A program made the translations under genes and the position numbers. The notes beneath the pieces are model-generated. The model worked only from the letters and a program-made list of their open reading frames with translations, was not told the origin of the DNA and searched no databases. A stretch of DNA of 63,610 bases, the filler included, from Octopus bimaculoides (Eukaryota): the NCBI RefSeq assembly GCF_001194135.2. It is 4 parts of 4 records of this genome, joined end to end, with 100 filler letters (N's around TTAATTAATTAA, not from the genome) between each part and the next. Parts side by side here need not be neighbours in the genome. Positions count along the whole stretch, not along the records: positions 1 to 18,478 come from NC_068994.1; positions 18,579 to 34,135 come from NC_068982.1; 2 more parts are not named here. One strand, 5' to 3'. Of the stretch, positions 12,719 to 25,464 are shown piece by piece; position 1 is the stretch's first letter; every line of letters begins with the position of its first letter.

Positions 12719-14151
12719 GGATGAACGAAATTTCCACACACATACGCACACATACATATATATATGTACGCATATGTATCTACACACATATACATGTGTA
12801 TATATGTGTATATACATATGTATACGTATACATATATATATATATATACATATGTTATAAACAGGGACACACATATATATGGGTATATATACACATATAT
12901 ACGTATACATATATATATATATATACATATGTTATAAACAGGGACACACATATATATGGGTATATATACACNNNNNNNNNNNNNNNNNNNNNNNNNNNNN
13001 NNNNNNNNNNNNNNNNNNNNNNNNNNNNNNNNNNNNNNNNNNNNNNNNNNNNNNNNNNNNNNNNNNNNNNNNNNNNNNNNNNNNNNNNNNNNNNNNNNNN
13101 NNNNNNNNNNNNNNNNNNNNNNNNNNNNNNNNNNNNNNNNNNNNNNNNNNNNNNNNNNNNNNNNNNNNNNNNNNNNNNNNNNNNNNNNNNNNNNNNNNNN
13201 NNNNNNNNNNNNNNNNNNNNNNNNNNNNNNNNNNNNNNNNNNNNNNNNNNNNNNNNNNNNNNNNNNNNNNNNNNNNNNNNNNNNNNNNNNNNNNNNNNNN
13301 NNNNNNNNNNNNNNNNNNNNNNNNNNNNNNNNNNNNNNNNNNNNNNNNNNNNNNNNNNNNNNNNNNNNNNNNNNNNNNNNNNNNNNNNNNNNNNNNNNNN
13401 NNNNNNNNNNNNNNNNNNNNNNNNNNNNNNNNNNNNNNNNNNNNNNNNNNNNNNNNNNNNNNNNNNNNNNNNNNNNNNNNNNNNNNNNNNNNNNNNNNNN
13501 NNNNNNNNNNNNNNNNNNNNNNNNNNNNNNNNNNNNNNNNNNNNNNNNNNNNNNNNNNNNNNNNNNNNNNNNNNNNNNNNNNNNNNNNNNNNNNNNNNNN
13601 NNNNNNNNNNNNNNNNNNNNNNNNNNNNNNNNNNNNNNNNNNNNNNNNNNNNNNNNNNNNNNNNNNNNNNNNNNNNNNNNNNNNNNNNNNNNNNNNNNNN
13701 NNNNNNNNNNNNNNNNNNNNNNNNNNNNNNNNNNNNNNNNNNNNNNNNNNNNNNNNNNNNNNNNNNNNNNNATATATATATATATATAATCACATGTGAA
13801 ACGATGGCGATTTTTTTTCCTCTGTCTTCCTTTTCTATTGGACTCTCCTCTGTTTAAGAAGAAGAGCTCTGCTCGAAACGTCAAACCACTTTTGTTTCCT
13901 TCCCTGAGCGTCTGCTAACACATTACATGTAACAGGTGCTCGCGTTGTTGTTTTCTGTGTTTATTCTTCCTTTTGGGGGATTTACTAGACACAGACACAC
14001 GCACACACAAACACAGACACAGACACACACACACACCCACACACACACACATAGACACACCCACACACACACACATAGACACACACGCACACACAAACGC
14101 ACACACACAAACACACGCGCGTGCGCGCGCACACACACATATATATAAACT

Positions 14152-14545
14152 CACTCGATGACGAAGGTTACAGTTGATCCGATCAACAGAACAGCCTTCC
14201 GTGAAATTAACGTGCAAGTGGCTGAGCACTCCACAGACACGTATAACCTTAATGTAGTTCTCGGGGATATTCAGCGTGACACAGAGTGTGACATGGTTGG
14301 CCCTTCCAAATACAGGCACAACGAATCAAAACCGCGTTCCTATGACTGTAAGTCCGCAGGAAGAAAGAGTGAGAGAAAATTGTAGTGAAAGAGTATAGCA
14401 GGGTTCACCAACACCCCCTGCCGGAGCCTCGTGGGGCTTTAGGTGATTTTGGTCAATAAACACTCACAACGCCCGGTCTGGGAATCGAAACCGCGATCCT
14501 ACGACTGCGAGTCGGCTGCCCTAATCACTGGGCCATTGCGCCTCC
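14152..14545 (-). mobile_element. tRNA-derived SINE family D, near full length
   Basis: Reverse complement of 30709-31080 over about 390 bp, including the head ggaggcgcaatggcccagtgattagggcagccgactcgcagtcgtaggatcgcggtttcgattcccagacc with A/B-box-like motifs. Confidence 0.85.
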
Positions 14546-14629
14546 ACTGAAGACAAATGTAGATAGGGGCAAAGGAGAGGAACCAGGAGTATGGGGCAAG
14601 AGAGAAGTTGAATGAGAAGAGGAAAAAGG

Positions 14630-14667
<38 letters not shown>

Positions 14668-17262
14668 TAAATGAAATGGAGAAAGGAATACAAAAATGGA
14701 ATACGCAGCGAATGAGAAGATAAGCGGCTGAGCATCATCACATAGCATCCAGGTATATGAGACGGTTACTTTACAAATGGTCTATCGAAAAATATGTATA
14801 TATATATTTGATCGAAAAACGAAGAAAAAAGTATGGAAACGAAGAGGATAGGAAGAGAAAGGCTGGCTTGAGTGATTATCGAGGGTATGGAAGGTGAGAA
14901 TGGGGAAGTGAATTCAGGAAAATATTTGAAGCGGAGATAAACAGACTCGTTTGTTTTGAAAAGAAGATGAACAATAATAAAAAAATGAAAAAGAGTGGGT
15001 CGTACAACATAAGAGAAATAGAAGGCAGTAAAGAAAAATGGAGAGAAGGACAGAGATATGGAGAGAAAAGGGAGGAGGAGTGATGGAGGAAGAGAGTGAT
15101 GGAGAGAAGGAGTGATATTAGTGACACAAATGAAACAGATGGTCGCAACTTATGCAATATAATATAAATAATATATAAAATTGAATAGACAAAAGACAAT
15201 CGAATTTTGTTTTATAGTTTATAAAAAAAGATGAGTAGTTCACAAAAAGTCTGCAGTTATCATACGTAATGGCTTTGAATAATCCTTTGGTTAAAAAAGC
15301 CTTTGAACAATCCTTTGGTTACAAAAAGCCTTTGACGTGAAGTTTTTAGTTACAAAGCAGAATTCTAAACCTTCAAAGAATCTTCAAAACACTTCAAAGT
15401 ACTTCTATAACTTTCGAAAAAGTTAAAAGAAATTTCAACAATGAAGGAACAATGCATTCAACCTGTGTGTGTTGAATAAACTTCCATGAAATGTAGGTAT
15501 TCTGATGACGACATTTTGAGCTATTTTCGTCCCTGGAATTTTGTAAGTTCAATGGAGACGTCAAATAGAGAAAAATACAACTTGATTTAAAACTTCTAGT
15601 ATGGTTTCGAAAGTTAGGCCTTTGGGCACAGTGACTTAGAGATCTTGATAATTGCATCGTATACCCCTACGGATAGTTAGATACAATTTGTAGTGACACT
15701 CGATGATTTAATCATGTATACCAATCTTAGAAATGTTATATCACGCATCGTCTACTCAACACCAGTGAAAATGTATCTGTTTTACCTCATGCTCACATAA
15801 ACAAATGACGCACTAAGCAGTTGAATTACAATAGAAAACTAATGTTTTAAGATCAGTCTAAATTGGTTTCCTTATTTAGGTATGACAGAGCGTTTATTTA
15901 AAAGAAGCTACACATAACATACGTATACTTTTAGGTACTCGGAGAAAAATTTGTATGCCCTGTCTATTACAGTTACGATTAGAGATCGGAAATTGAAGAT
16001 GCTACAAGCTATAAGATACTATTCTATGGTTAAAATTGGGAGACTATATATTTAGGACGCTCCACATTAATTGTTCTGAATATGGGGTTTACGGACCTCT
16101 GAGGGTTACAAAACGAATACAGAGCATTGGTGGCATAGGTTCTGTGTGTTCTGCACAAAACATTTTTAAATTTTAAAATAAATATTCAGAGATGAAAGAG
16201 AGAAAACTAATTTGGAGTTCTGTAATATAATTCTGTGATGCAAAGAGAACCTTTATCTAATCGCCGTCCTGTGTTGTCACAGATCAATTTGTAACCAGCG
16301 TAAAACGCAACAACTGAGTGCTTTGTGTTATCCCGGATCAGCGATGAAAGATATCAGTGATAAACGAGTGGGGACGCTCTAGTGTCTCTGCACGCAACAA
16401 TATACATATACGCTTAACAATGCTTGTAGTTAATATGATAAGCATTTTTCTACTCGGGTATATTTATGATCCAATCATTCTATCCCTGACCAATCCACCT
16501 GTTTTAATATACGTAGGAGTATTTTACCAAATGTCTTCTTTACTTTATCATGATGATAGGTGGAATGTCTTCTACGCTGATAAGAGGAGATTCACGTGAA
16601 CGAGCAATGACTGCTATCCGGGTAATATCGACCGTAGAAGATATACCACAATGACCCTCATATACCAATGTCCGAGATCTGCTGTAGCACGGGGAATCTC
16701 ACGGCAGGGACTCCCGCTACACACTCAGCATGCATTCCAGAAGACCACCGTTTAAATCCTTCCACAGTTCCTGTCATGCGCTGTTAACAATGTCCAGCAA
16801 GGGAGATAACTCTCTCTTCATAAAACCCGTAGCGCATCTCAGAGTATCCCGGTAGGGAGGGATTTGAAGGGGTGTTTTTGCGGAGCAAATATTCACTTTC
16901 AGAATTCCTCACAATATTAGTAACGAGTGCAAATAGCAGAAACAAAAAAATAAAAGCAAAAAAAATAATAATAATAAATAAATAAGAAAAAAGCAAACCT
17001 CATCTCAGAAAAAAAAGATGTAATACTGAAGTTAACGGTAAGGAAGTGATGTTGTTGTTGCTGCATTTTATACCTATACGAATATATATAATCAATATAT
17101 ATTTGCAGAGGTGTGTATAACACACACAGAGCAACCTGTAGCGTAGAGTAAAGATTTTCAGCGGTCGCACTGGAACCAAATTACGTATGATATTAGAAGA
17201 TTTTTTTCCTCTTCAGGTAACTATGACATTTCACAGCAGGGGTTTTCGAAAATAACGAAGCT

Positions 17263-17323
17263 ATTATTATTATTATTATTATTATCCTTATTATTATTAC
17301 TATTATTATCATTATTACCATAA

Positions 17324-17384
<61 letters not shown>
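17263..17384. repeat. (ATT)n followed by (AAT)n microsatellite
   Basis: Direct reading; the two halves are reverse complements around a short spacer. Confidence 0.9.
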
Positions 17385-17387
<3 letters not shown>

Positions 17388-17838
17388 TCTTGAGATCGTT
17401 GTTGTGGTTGTTGTTGTGGTTGTTGTTCTGTTAATGACCTCTGGGGTTATTTGTTACAGTGGCAGGAAGGTTTCATTTCGCTGACTTATACTTTCTCGCT
17501 ATAAATAGCGAATGATGAACGAAAATGAGAACGGCATACGCACACAAAACCAGACACATTAATACGCGCGCATGTAGATACAGGCGCATACACATATTTA
17601 CATATACATCATTTTTGTGTATGTGTGTATATACCCCTCCCATATATATATATGTATATAAATGCGTACACACACTCGCAGATACATCCATCCATCCAGC
17701 ATACATACATACATAGACAAGGAGAAACAAGAAAAAGGTAAAGATGATAACTCAAGATGTAGCTTGAAGATAGAATATTGTGTCGCATGTATGTATGCAT
17801 GTTTGTATGCTTCAGTATGTGTATGCATGTGTGTGTGT

Positions 17839-17875
<37 letters not shown>

Positions 17876-18109
17876 GACATGTAAGTCTGTATAAATATTT
17901 GACTGCACGTCTGAAGACTGGTTGAATATCCAGTAACTAGCTTCTGCATATTATGCTCTCATTCCCACCAACGTATATATTTAAACACATATACAGACAA
18001 AAAGTTGGAGGCCATATAATATATATATATAAATATATATATATTTATATATAATTTTCAAGCTTCAACTGTCCACCTGGGTGATGTATCCCTCCAAACT
18101 CGCAGTATA

Positions 18110-18330
18110 ACAGCGTGTCCCAAAAGTAACTGACGAGTTTCAATTTTTAATAACTTCTTTAACTTTCCAAATATATACATATAATTTTGACCCAACATAA
18201 AGGACATAATGGAAATTAATATGCACAACCCAAATTCTGCAACACCACTACATCACACATGAAAAATGACATCGGGTTCGTCAAGTCTGTGGAATGTGAA
18301 GGCCAACTGACATTGCCGTAGCAGGAGATT
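18110..18330 (+). mobile_element. Tc1/mariner-like left end fragment
   Basis: Starts cagcgtgtcccaaaagtaactgac, resembling CAGGGTGTCCCAAAA-type TIRs; no partner TIR seen before the join at 18479. Confidence 0.35.
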
Positions 18331-18478
18331 ATTCTATCGGTGACTTTTGCCGAACCGCTAAACACAAAACGTAAACACACCAGCATCGGTTCTCAAGCAA
18401 TGGTTGAGGGGGGGGGGTACAAACACAGACACAGACATATATATATATATATTCATCCCCTCTCTCTCTCTATATATA

Positions 18479-18578
18479 NNNNNNNNNNNNNNNNNNNNNN
18501 NNNNNNNNNNNNNNNNNNNNNNTTAATTAATTAANNNNNNNNNNNNNNNNNNNNNNNNNNNNNNNNNNNNNNNNNNNN
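18479..18578. other. artificial 100-base assembly join (44 N + TTAATTAATTAA + 44 N)
   Basis: Exact 44/12/44 layout repeated three times in the window; the 12-mer places TAA in all six frames. Confidence 0.92.
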
Positions 18579-18942
18579 GTAATCTGTATGGTTAAAATTT
18601 CATCAACATCAAAAATATATGAATTTTCATGGGGGTTATGGCCATTAGGCATAGAATATAATTTCCAAATTTCTTAAAGATCCATTCAATACTTTTGACG
18701 TAGTTTTGGATAAGAAAACAAATGACTAATGTGTGTGTTTGTGTGCATATATATGTGTGTGTGTATGGGTGTATATATGTATAGCTATCTGTCTGCATTT
18801 ATATATGTGTACATATTAGATGTACACCTATATATATACATCTACACATATGTATACATATACATGTATGCATATAGATCTATATCTATATATATATCTA
18901 TACATATACGTGTACATATACATGTATATGTATACATATACA

Positions 18943-18974
<32 letters not shown>

Positions 18975-21387
18975 TGTATATATATGTGAAAGTATCTGTC
19001 ATTACAGTATCGAAATGTGATTGTTTCAGTTAGTGGAATAGTTTCATTTTTAAAGTGAAAGTATTTGACATGAGTGTTTTTGTTTCACTTTTAACACGTA
19101 ATACTTAAATAGTGGAGGAGATATGATGTTGCTGTGGGCTCGAACTATGCAAGAAGTTAAAAATTTTTTTGGACTAAAACACAACCGGAACCCTAAGTAA
19201 GACATGTGTAAAATTTGAATGAAATTGGTTGTGTAGTTCTTGAGTTTTAGGGAAACACACACACACACAGAGACAGACAGACAGACAGACAGACACACAT
19301 TCTCATTTTTATATATATAGATATAGCTTCAATGTATATTGACCACCTCAATCCCCTTCTCTAGCTTTTTTTCATTCTCTCACAAATTCACCTGTTCATT
19401 TACCCTTTCTGTACCTCTATCCCTATTTCTTTCTCATATTCACCTTGCACTTTGAAAGAATTCCATCACCATCTATTTCTCTTTCTCGCTGGGAAAGCCA
19501 CGCATCTCCTCTTCAGCAAGACACATGTACCTCTCTCTCTCTCTCTCTTACATTTACATCCTTCAATATTATACCCCACTCATTTGATGGATTTTGTCTT
19601 GTGAGTTACTTGATGACCTCACTAGTACTGGTGCCATGAAAAGGCACCCTGTACATTCTGCAAAGTGGTTGATGTTAGCCATACCTATGAACAGACTTAA
19701 GGTATAAAGAGTGTTTCCCCATCCAAGCCTTTGCTGAGATAATGATAGTCCTGCACTTATGGGTTCACATAGGAAATCATCAGGAAGTGAGTATTTCTTG
19801 AAGGATGAACCTTCAAAAACGTTCAGGACATTATTTACTTAAATTGGCTAAACAATATTATTTCTCTCCCCAGTCAGCTCTGAAAAGAACATGTCAACAC
19901 TGAAAAAGAGAGGGGCAGGAGACAAAGAGGAGCAACATCAACAGCTTCACTAACCGCAAAACAGACTTGTATTCTAAACTCAATTGCTAGGCAATGTGAC
20001 AAGGTTTGAATTAGATAGAATCCAGAGAGAGGTGGGGAGCAGAGTTTATCTCTGTAGTGGACTAATATTTTATTTATCAACTCTAAAAGAATAAAAGGCA
20101 ATGCTGCCCTCAGTGGGATCTGAACTCAGAGTGCAGAGAGCTAGCACGAAGCATCACAAAGCATTCTGTTTGATACTTTCACGATTCAACAAATTCACGC
20201 CTGTAATGGACTGTCGCACTCTCAACCGAATCATCTAGCCTGCCCTACGTTGTAACCATCTCTAGAATCTGCAGGTATACAGCAATATACCAGGGTGGAG
20301 GGAGTGCATCATGTCCGTAACTGTCACACTGCACTGCAACAGTTCATTACCACATATTGCAATATGATGTATGGTTTCCAGCTGGATGGACGGATGGAAT
20401 AACTGGAAAAAGTAGATCTGTATGTAGGGTCTAGTCGTTTGATGAACAGACCTGTGGAACTGGTGCTACAAGTGTATTTGAGCAGGATTGGTCTGGATCT
20501 TCCTCCCAATAAGAAAGTTTGAACCAATGATTGGAGCTTTGACATAGTCGCTTGACCTACTAGTTAATAATAGCAGCCAATCGCTTATATCACCTATTTT
20601 CATCTTTAAGAAAAGATAGAAAAAAACATGGGATGATATGATCCTAATTTACTTTATCTGAAAAATATGGGATGGTCACAACTGAAGCTCTTTTGGTTAG
20701 ATACAGCAGCAATTCTAGTGATAGTGACAAGGTTGGCTCGCTGGTTAGAAGTTAACAGTGTAGAAAAAGGTTATCTGTCAGTAGAGAGTGAAAGAGCAAG
20801 GAATGCATGGAGCTGACTAGAAAGGAAGAAAGGATAAAGGTGGCATCGTCTTTCTTACGACCGAAAGGAAAGTGCTGCTCTTGGTCATGGCTGACGCAGA
20901 AGGGCGTGTTACTCCTTGGTCTGCTAACACAAAAAAGAGTGTTGCTCCTTGGTCATAGCTGACACAAAAGAAAAATAGATAGGAACTGTTCTCTGCTATA
21001 TAGACTATGGTCAGTATTGTAGGTCAAACCCTAAACAAAGGATTGACCTTTCCTTGACCAGCACAGGTCTTTGGGGATCAAGTGTTTCCTCATCAATCAT
21101 CTGGTGTGGAGAGGATTTCCCCCGCTTGATTTGACAAGCAACAAGCAACAAGCAGGTAGATTTGGTTTCAAATCTCAGGCAGGGCAAAGCAAGGTCCCTA
21201 CAATCTGATTAATTGGAGATAACCTGGTGTAAACAGCAGTTGCTGTATTGTTTTTCATTTCCGAAACTAATCTTTCACCCACAGAAAGGCATCTTTTTTT
21301 CATGACAAATTCCAATATAATCATCTGACACGCATTTATAGAAAATTTTGTTAAGAAATATCCATTTTTCTGGAAGTTATGAGGAGT

Positions 21388-21860
21388 TAATATCCCCTCA
21401 GTTCTGGAGCGGTCAGGGTTATCCAGAAGTGATGGAAAAAGACCAGATGGTCTTACTCTCTGTCCCTGGGTTAGAGGTAGGTGCCTCGTTTGGGACGCCA
21501 CAGTCTGCAACTCCTTTGCTCCCTCCCACATCCTGGATGTTGCAGTTAATGGGAGAGTCACTGCTTCTATAGCCGAACGGAAGAAAACCCTGAAGTATTG
21601 AGACCTGACAGTGAACTATTTTTTCCAACCTATGGTATTTGAGATGTTCAGAGGGACTGGGCCACTAACCACAAAGTTCTTATTAACATTGGCAGCTCAC
21701 CTCTCCGAGGTGTCAGGCGATGCCCTTGAGGACGATCATCTTTCCCAACGCCTTAGCCTTGCCATCACCCATGGTAATGCTGCGAGCGTGCTAGCTTGCT
21801 TCATTAGGTTCCGTTAAACCTTCTGGTGTGCAACCAGTTGCTGTGATAAAAAAAAAAAAA
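21388..21860 (+). mobile_element. 3' end of a CRE-clade (restriction-like endonuclease) non-LTR retrotransposon with poly(A)
   Basis: One frame with a single internal stop: NIPSVLERSGLSRSDGKRPDGLTLCPWVRGRCLVWDATV...AERKKTLKY*DL...FQPMVFE...LSQRLSLAITHGNAASVL. RPDG, WD and QRLS...GNA are RLE-domain motifs. A run of A follows at about 21848-21860. Confidence 0.75.
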
Positions 21861-22649
21861 TCCCCACAAATGGTTTCAACAGTTTTAACAGAAAGATTTG
21901 AAAGAATTAGATGAAAGTTCTCGAGTAATTTTCTTTCATGTAAATAATTGTTTATGTTAATTTTAAAATTTGCCAGCAAAACCTTATAAAATGACAATGT
22001 TCTAGATGTACATGTTTATGTTATATTTGAAAATAAAATAGTTGTAGAATTTTCATGAACATCAGTTAGGATAAGAACAGAAATAAACAAAGCCAGTGAT
22101 GCACACGGGAGCCGGACAAAAACCCCTAAGTCTTAGGGGGCTTTTGTCCTACACTTGCATACAGGATCCAGACAAAAGCCCCACAGTTATATTTTTCGGT
22201 TATTTTTCTTTTTACTTGTTGCAGTCATTAGACTGTAGCCATGCTGGGACACCACCATGAGGAATTTTTAGCCAAATGTATCGACCTCAGAATCATTTTT
22301 AAGTGATTTTCAACCAGCACATGAAGTTAAGCCTAGGTCTCTCCACATGCTAGAAATAACAGCCAAATCTTAAAAAAAGAATTCTATAATTTCACATAAA
22401 CAAAAACGAAATCGCGGTTGTAAAAAAAAAACTCTTATTTTCTAAAATTCCAGTTTTTAAGTAAAGAAAATATATTCAATCGAAAATAAATAAGTAGTAT
22501 AGAATAAACATAACACAAGAATCTTTACTACTCAATGTACATATTGTCTGAATTCTAACAAAAAGGAAAGCATTTACTTCAAGAGATGTGTAGAAACATA
22601 AAAACGATAAGAAGTACGGGCGAAAGTAAAGAATACGTACACCCAGTGT

Positions 22650-22679
22650 TTAGGGTTAGGGTTAAGGTTAGGTTTAGGG
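22650..22679 (+). repeat. five degenerate TTAGGG units inside a 15-bp inverted repeat
   Basis: ttaggg ttaggg ttaagg ttaggt ttaggg, flanked by gtaaagaatacgtac (22626-22640) and its exact reverse complement (22704-22718). Confidence 0.8.
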
Positions 22680-23121
22680 TTTTGTTACACTGGAAACGGG
22701 TGAGTACGTATTCTTTACCTCCGACGAAGTACATTTGAATGACTAGCCTTTGGCGCCATAATTCCATTAGACCTTCAACGGCCGGAGAAAGTTCAAAAGG
22801 TCAGCTCATTCTCATTAATCTGTAAGTACTGAGAGAAGAAAACAAAAGACTTTAAATTTAAATTTTTAAATGCTCATTTTTCTGCGACTAAAAATTCTTC
22901 AAGCGGTGCCCCAACATGGCCACAGTCTAATAACTGTACAAGTGAAAAAAAAAAAAATCAATCATTTTGGCATCGATACGTTCAACTAAAAATTTCTCAA
23001 GCATGACCACAGTCTAATGAATGGAACAAGTAAAAAGCGAGATAAAACGAAAAATATAAGCGTGACGCTATCGTCCTACTAAGTCAATTGTGTAAATAAT
23101 ACTAAAACTATTTAAAGCAGA

Positions 23122-23216
23122 GGGGAATTCCAGTTGCAAAGTTTCATTATATAAATGCAAGTGTAAAGCAGAAATCTTCTTTCTGCAGTCGGTTTCGTAA
23201 TACAGAGCAGGTAAAA
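23122..23216 (+). promoter_or_regulatory. candidate IAP promoter and short non-coding first exon
   Basis: GGGGAATTCC (kappaB consensus) at 23122-23131, TATATAAA at 23148-23155, donor-like CAG|GTAAAA at 23210/23211. The IAP coding exon has an acceptor 19 nt before its ATG, so it needs an upstream exon. Confidence 0.4.
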
Positions 23217-23402
23217 TTTTAATTCAAGTTGTATTTTTTTTCTTTTCAGAAAAAAACATAAGTTGTATGTCTTAGCCTTTGCGATTTTTGTGTTGTTTTG
23301 TACTTTCAAAATATTGCTTACAAGTTTATGACAATAATTGATACTGATTTCTTTGCTCCGAAATTCAGCGTCAGAAACAAAAAGTTCTGAAAGCGAGAAA
23401 TA

Positions 23403-23745
23403 ACATTTTTTTATTTGTTTTAGTCATTTGACCACGGCCATGCTGGAGCACCACCTTTAGTCGAATATATCGACCCCAGGACTTATTCTTTGTAAGCTTA
23501 GTACTTATTCTATCGGGTACTTTTGCCGAACCGCTAAGTTACGGGGGACACTCCAGCATCGGTTGTCAAGCAACGGTGGGGGAACAAACACAGACACATA
23601 TATATACGACGGGCGTCATTCAGTTTCCGTTTACCAAATCCACTCACAAGGCTTTGGTCAGCCCGGTGCTATAGTAGAAGACACTTGCCCAAGGCGCCTC
23701 GCAGTGGGACTGAACCTGGAACCATGTGGTTGGTAGCCACTCCTG
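23403..23745 (-). mobile_element. SINE family B copy
   Basis: cggccatgctggagcaccacctttagtcgaatatatcgaccccaggac...gacacttgcccaaggcgcctcgcagtgggactgaacctggaaccatgtggttgg. Confidence 0.85.
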
Positions 23746-24586
23746 TTCAATTTGTTTGTAGATATACGAAAATACGCATATTTCTGTGAATGTGTTCTAA
23801 TAATGACCAGCTCTTCGTCGGTATATTTACACAAGTGTACCCCACCATTCAACTTTGTTTCCAGAAGAAAAAAAACTTCCAGAAAAATATATATTTTTTA
23901 ATATAATTTTCTACATATACGTTTCAGACGGTGTAAATTTCGATTATATCGGAATTTGTTGTGAAAAACTTTTTGGATGATGGGGTAGAGTTTCGGATAA
24001 TTCACATTAGTCGACTTTGTTTCCACAGCATACTTACACAAATATGTCCCACAGATTATCTTTCCCCATAGTTTTCAGAAAAATGGATATTTTGTGATGA
24101 AATTTTCTACAAATACCTCTCAGATGATAACCTTGTTCCAAACCTTGTTTTCTGAATGGGTAAAAATTATCAAATTTCAAACCTCTAACATTTTTCTAAA
24201 AATTTTCCTGGGACGAATGTATAACAAAATCGGGATCTTTTCTGTTTTTTTTGCTCGCATTTTGATGTAGATTACGATTATATTGGAATTTAATGGGAAA
24301 AAAATATTTGGTGGCCATGTACAGTTTTTTTTTTTTTTTTACATTAAATTCCCATATCTACAAGGTATTTGCAGAAAATTTCATTAGAAAAATATTCACT
24401 TTTCTTAGTCATGAGGAAATAGCACAACTACACTTTATTGCCTCTCTCCTGATTGTCATTCTTCAAAGCTTTAACTTTTTTTTTTTGCCCTAGTCAACAG
24501 CGTTTTAGATTGAACTAGTTACAACACTCACGATATCTTGGCTCTGGGGCACCTTAACCATCCAAAATTTGAAGCCATCATTATTA

Positions 24587-24790
24587 AGGCGGCGAGCTGG
24601 CAGAATCGTTAGCACACCGGATGGAATGCTTAGCGGCATTTCATCCGTCTTTACGTTCTGAGTTCAAATTCCACCGAGGTCGACTTTGCCTTTCATCCTT
24701 TCGGGGTCGATAAATTAAGTACCAATGTAACACTGAGGTCGATGTAATCCCCTCCCCCAAAATTGCTGCCCTTGTGACAAAATTTGAAAC
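24587..24790 (+). mobile_element. SINE family A, full length
   Basis: ggcggcgagctggcagaatcgttagc (A-box-like)...gttctgagttcaaattcc (B-box-like)...cttgtgacaaaatttgaaacc. Confidence 0.85.
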
Positions 24791-25464
24791 CATTATTATT
24801 ATGGCATAGAGAAGAATCTCAAAGGACGGGATACAACACACAAAAACAGATCAAAGGGAGATACTACGATATTAAAGGATATAACAAACGATAGATAAAT
24901 AGAAGTTAGAGAAATAAATAAGTGGTTCTGAGTAATAAAGAAAGTATCGAAGAAGACCTGCAGCTAGGAGGGTGGCAGCTGTAGGTGTATTCAGGAAGAA
25001 GAAAATTGGGTGAAGGGCCCTGCTATGCATATACAACACATAGTTCTACCAGAATTAAGTTTCGGTGGGCGCGTCTTCTCGAAAACCGCATATTTGCCTA
25101 TCCACTGTTATCTCCTCAATGAGTTTCATGGTCCTGATATATGTGTGTTTCGAATGCCTTTCACGTTAGGATCATGTATAATTAATACGGGTGAATTTTC
25201 AATAAATCCACAATTATTATATTTTAGTTTAATAATTTTAAAACAAATTGAATATCAAATCAATCCTATTTTTACGTATATTACAGATTTCTTGTCGACA
25301 GAGGTTGAAACGTAGCGATTAAAACTGAAAGTTTGATTACTGTCAAATTCAACTGCTGTAACTTCCTCATATTGGATGATTAAAACATGACATTGAGATA
25401 AGAAGAGTAAGGTACATTGCAGGTTATCATCCAGCATAGTTTCATAGATTTTATGTTGTGCAAC

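Noticed and set aside
12830-13770. About 78-bp TA-rich tandem unit running into an 800-N gap
   Set aside because: Probably a collapsed minisatellite; too little sequence to characterise.
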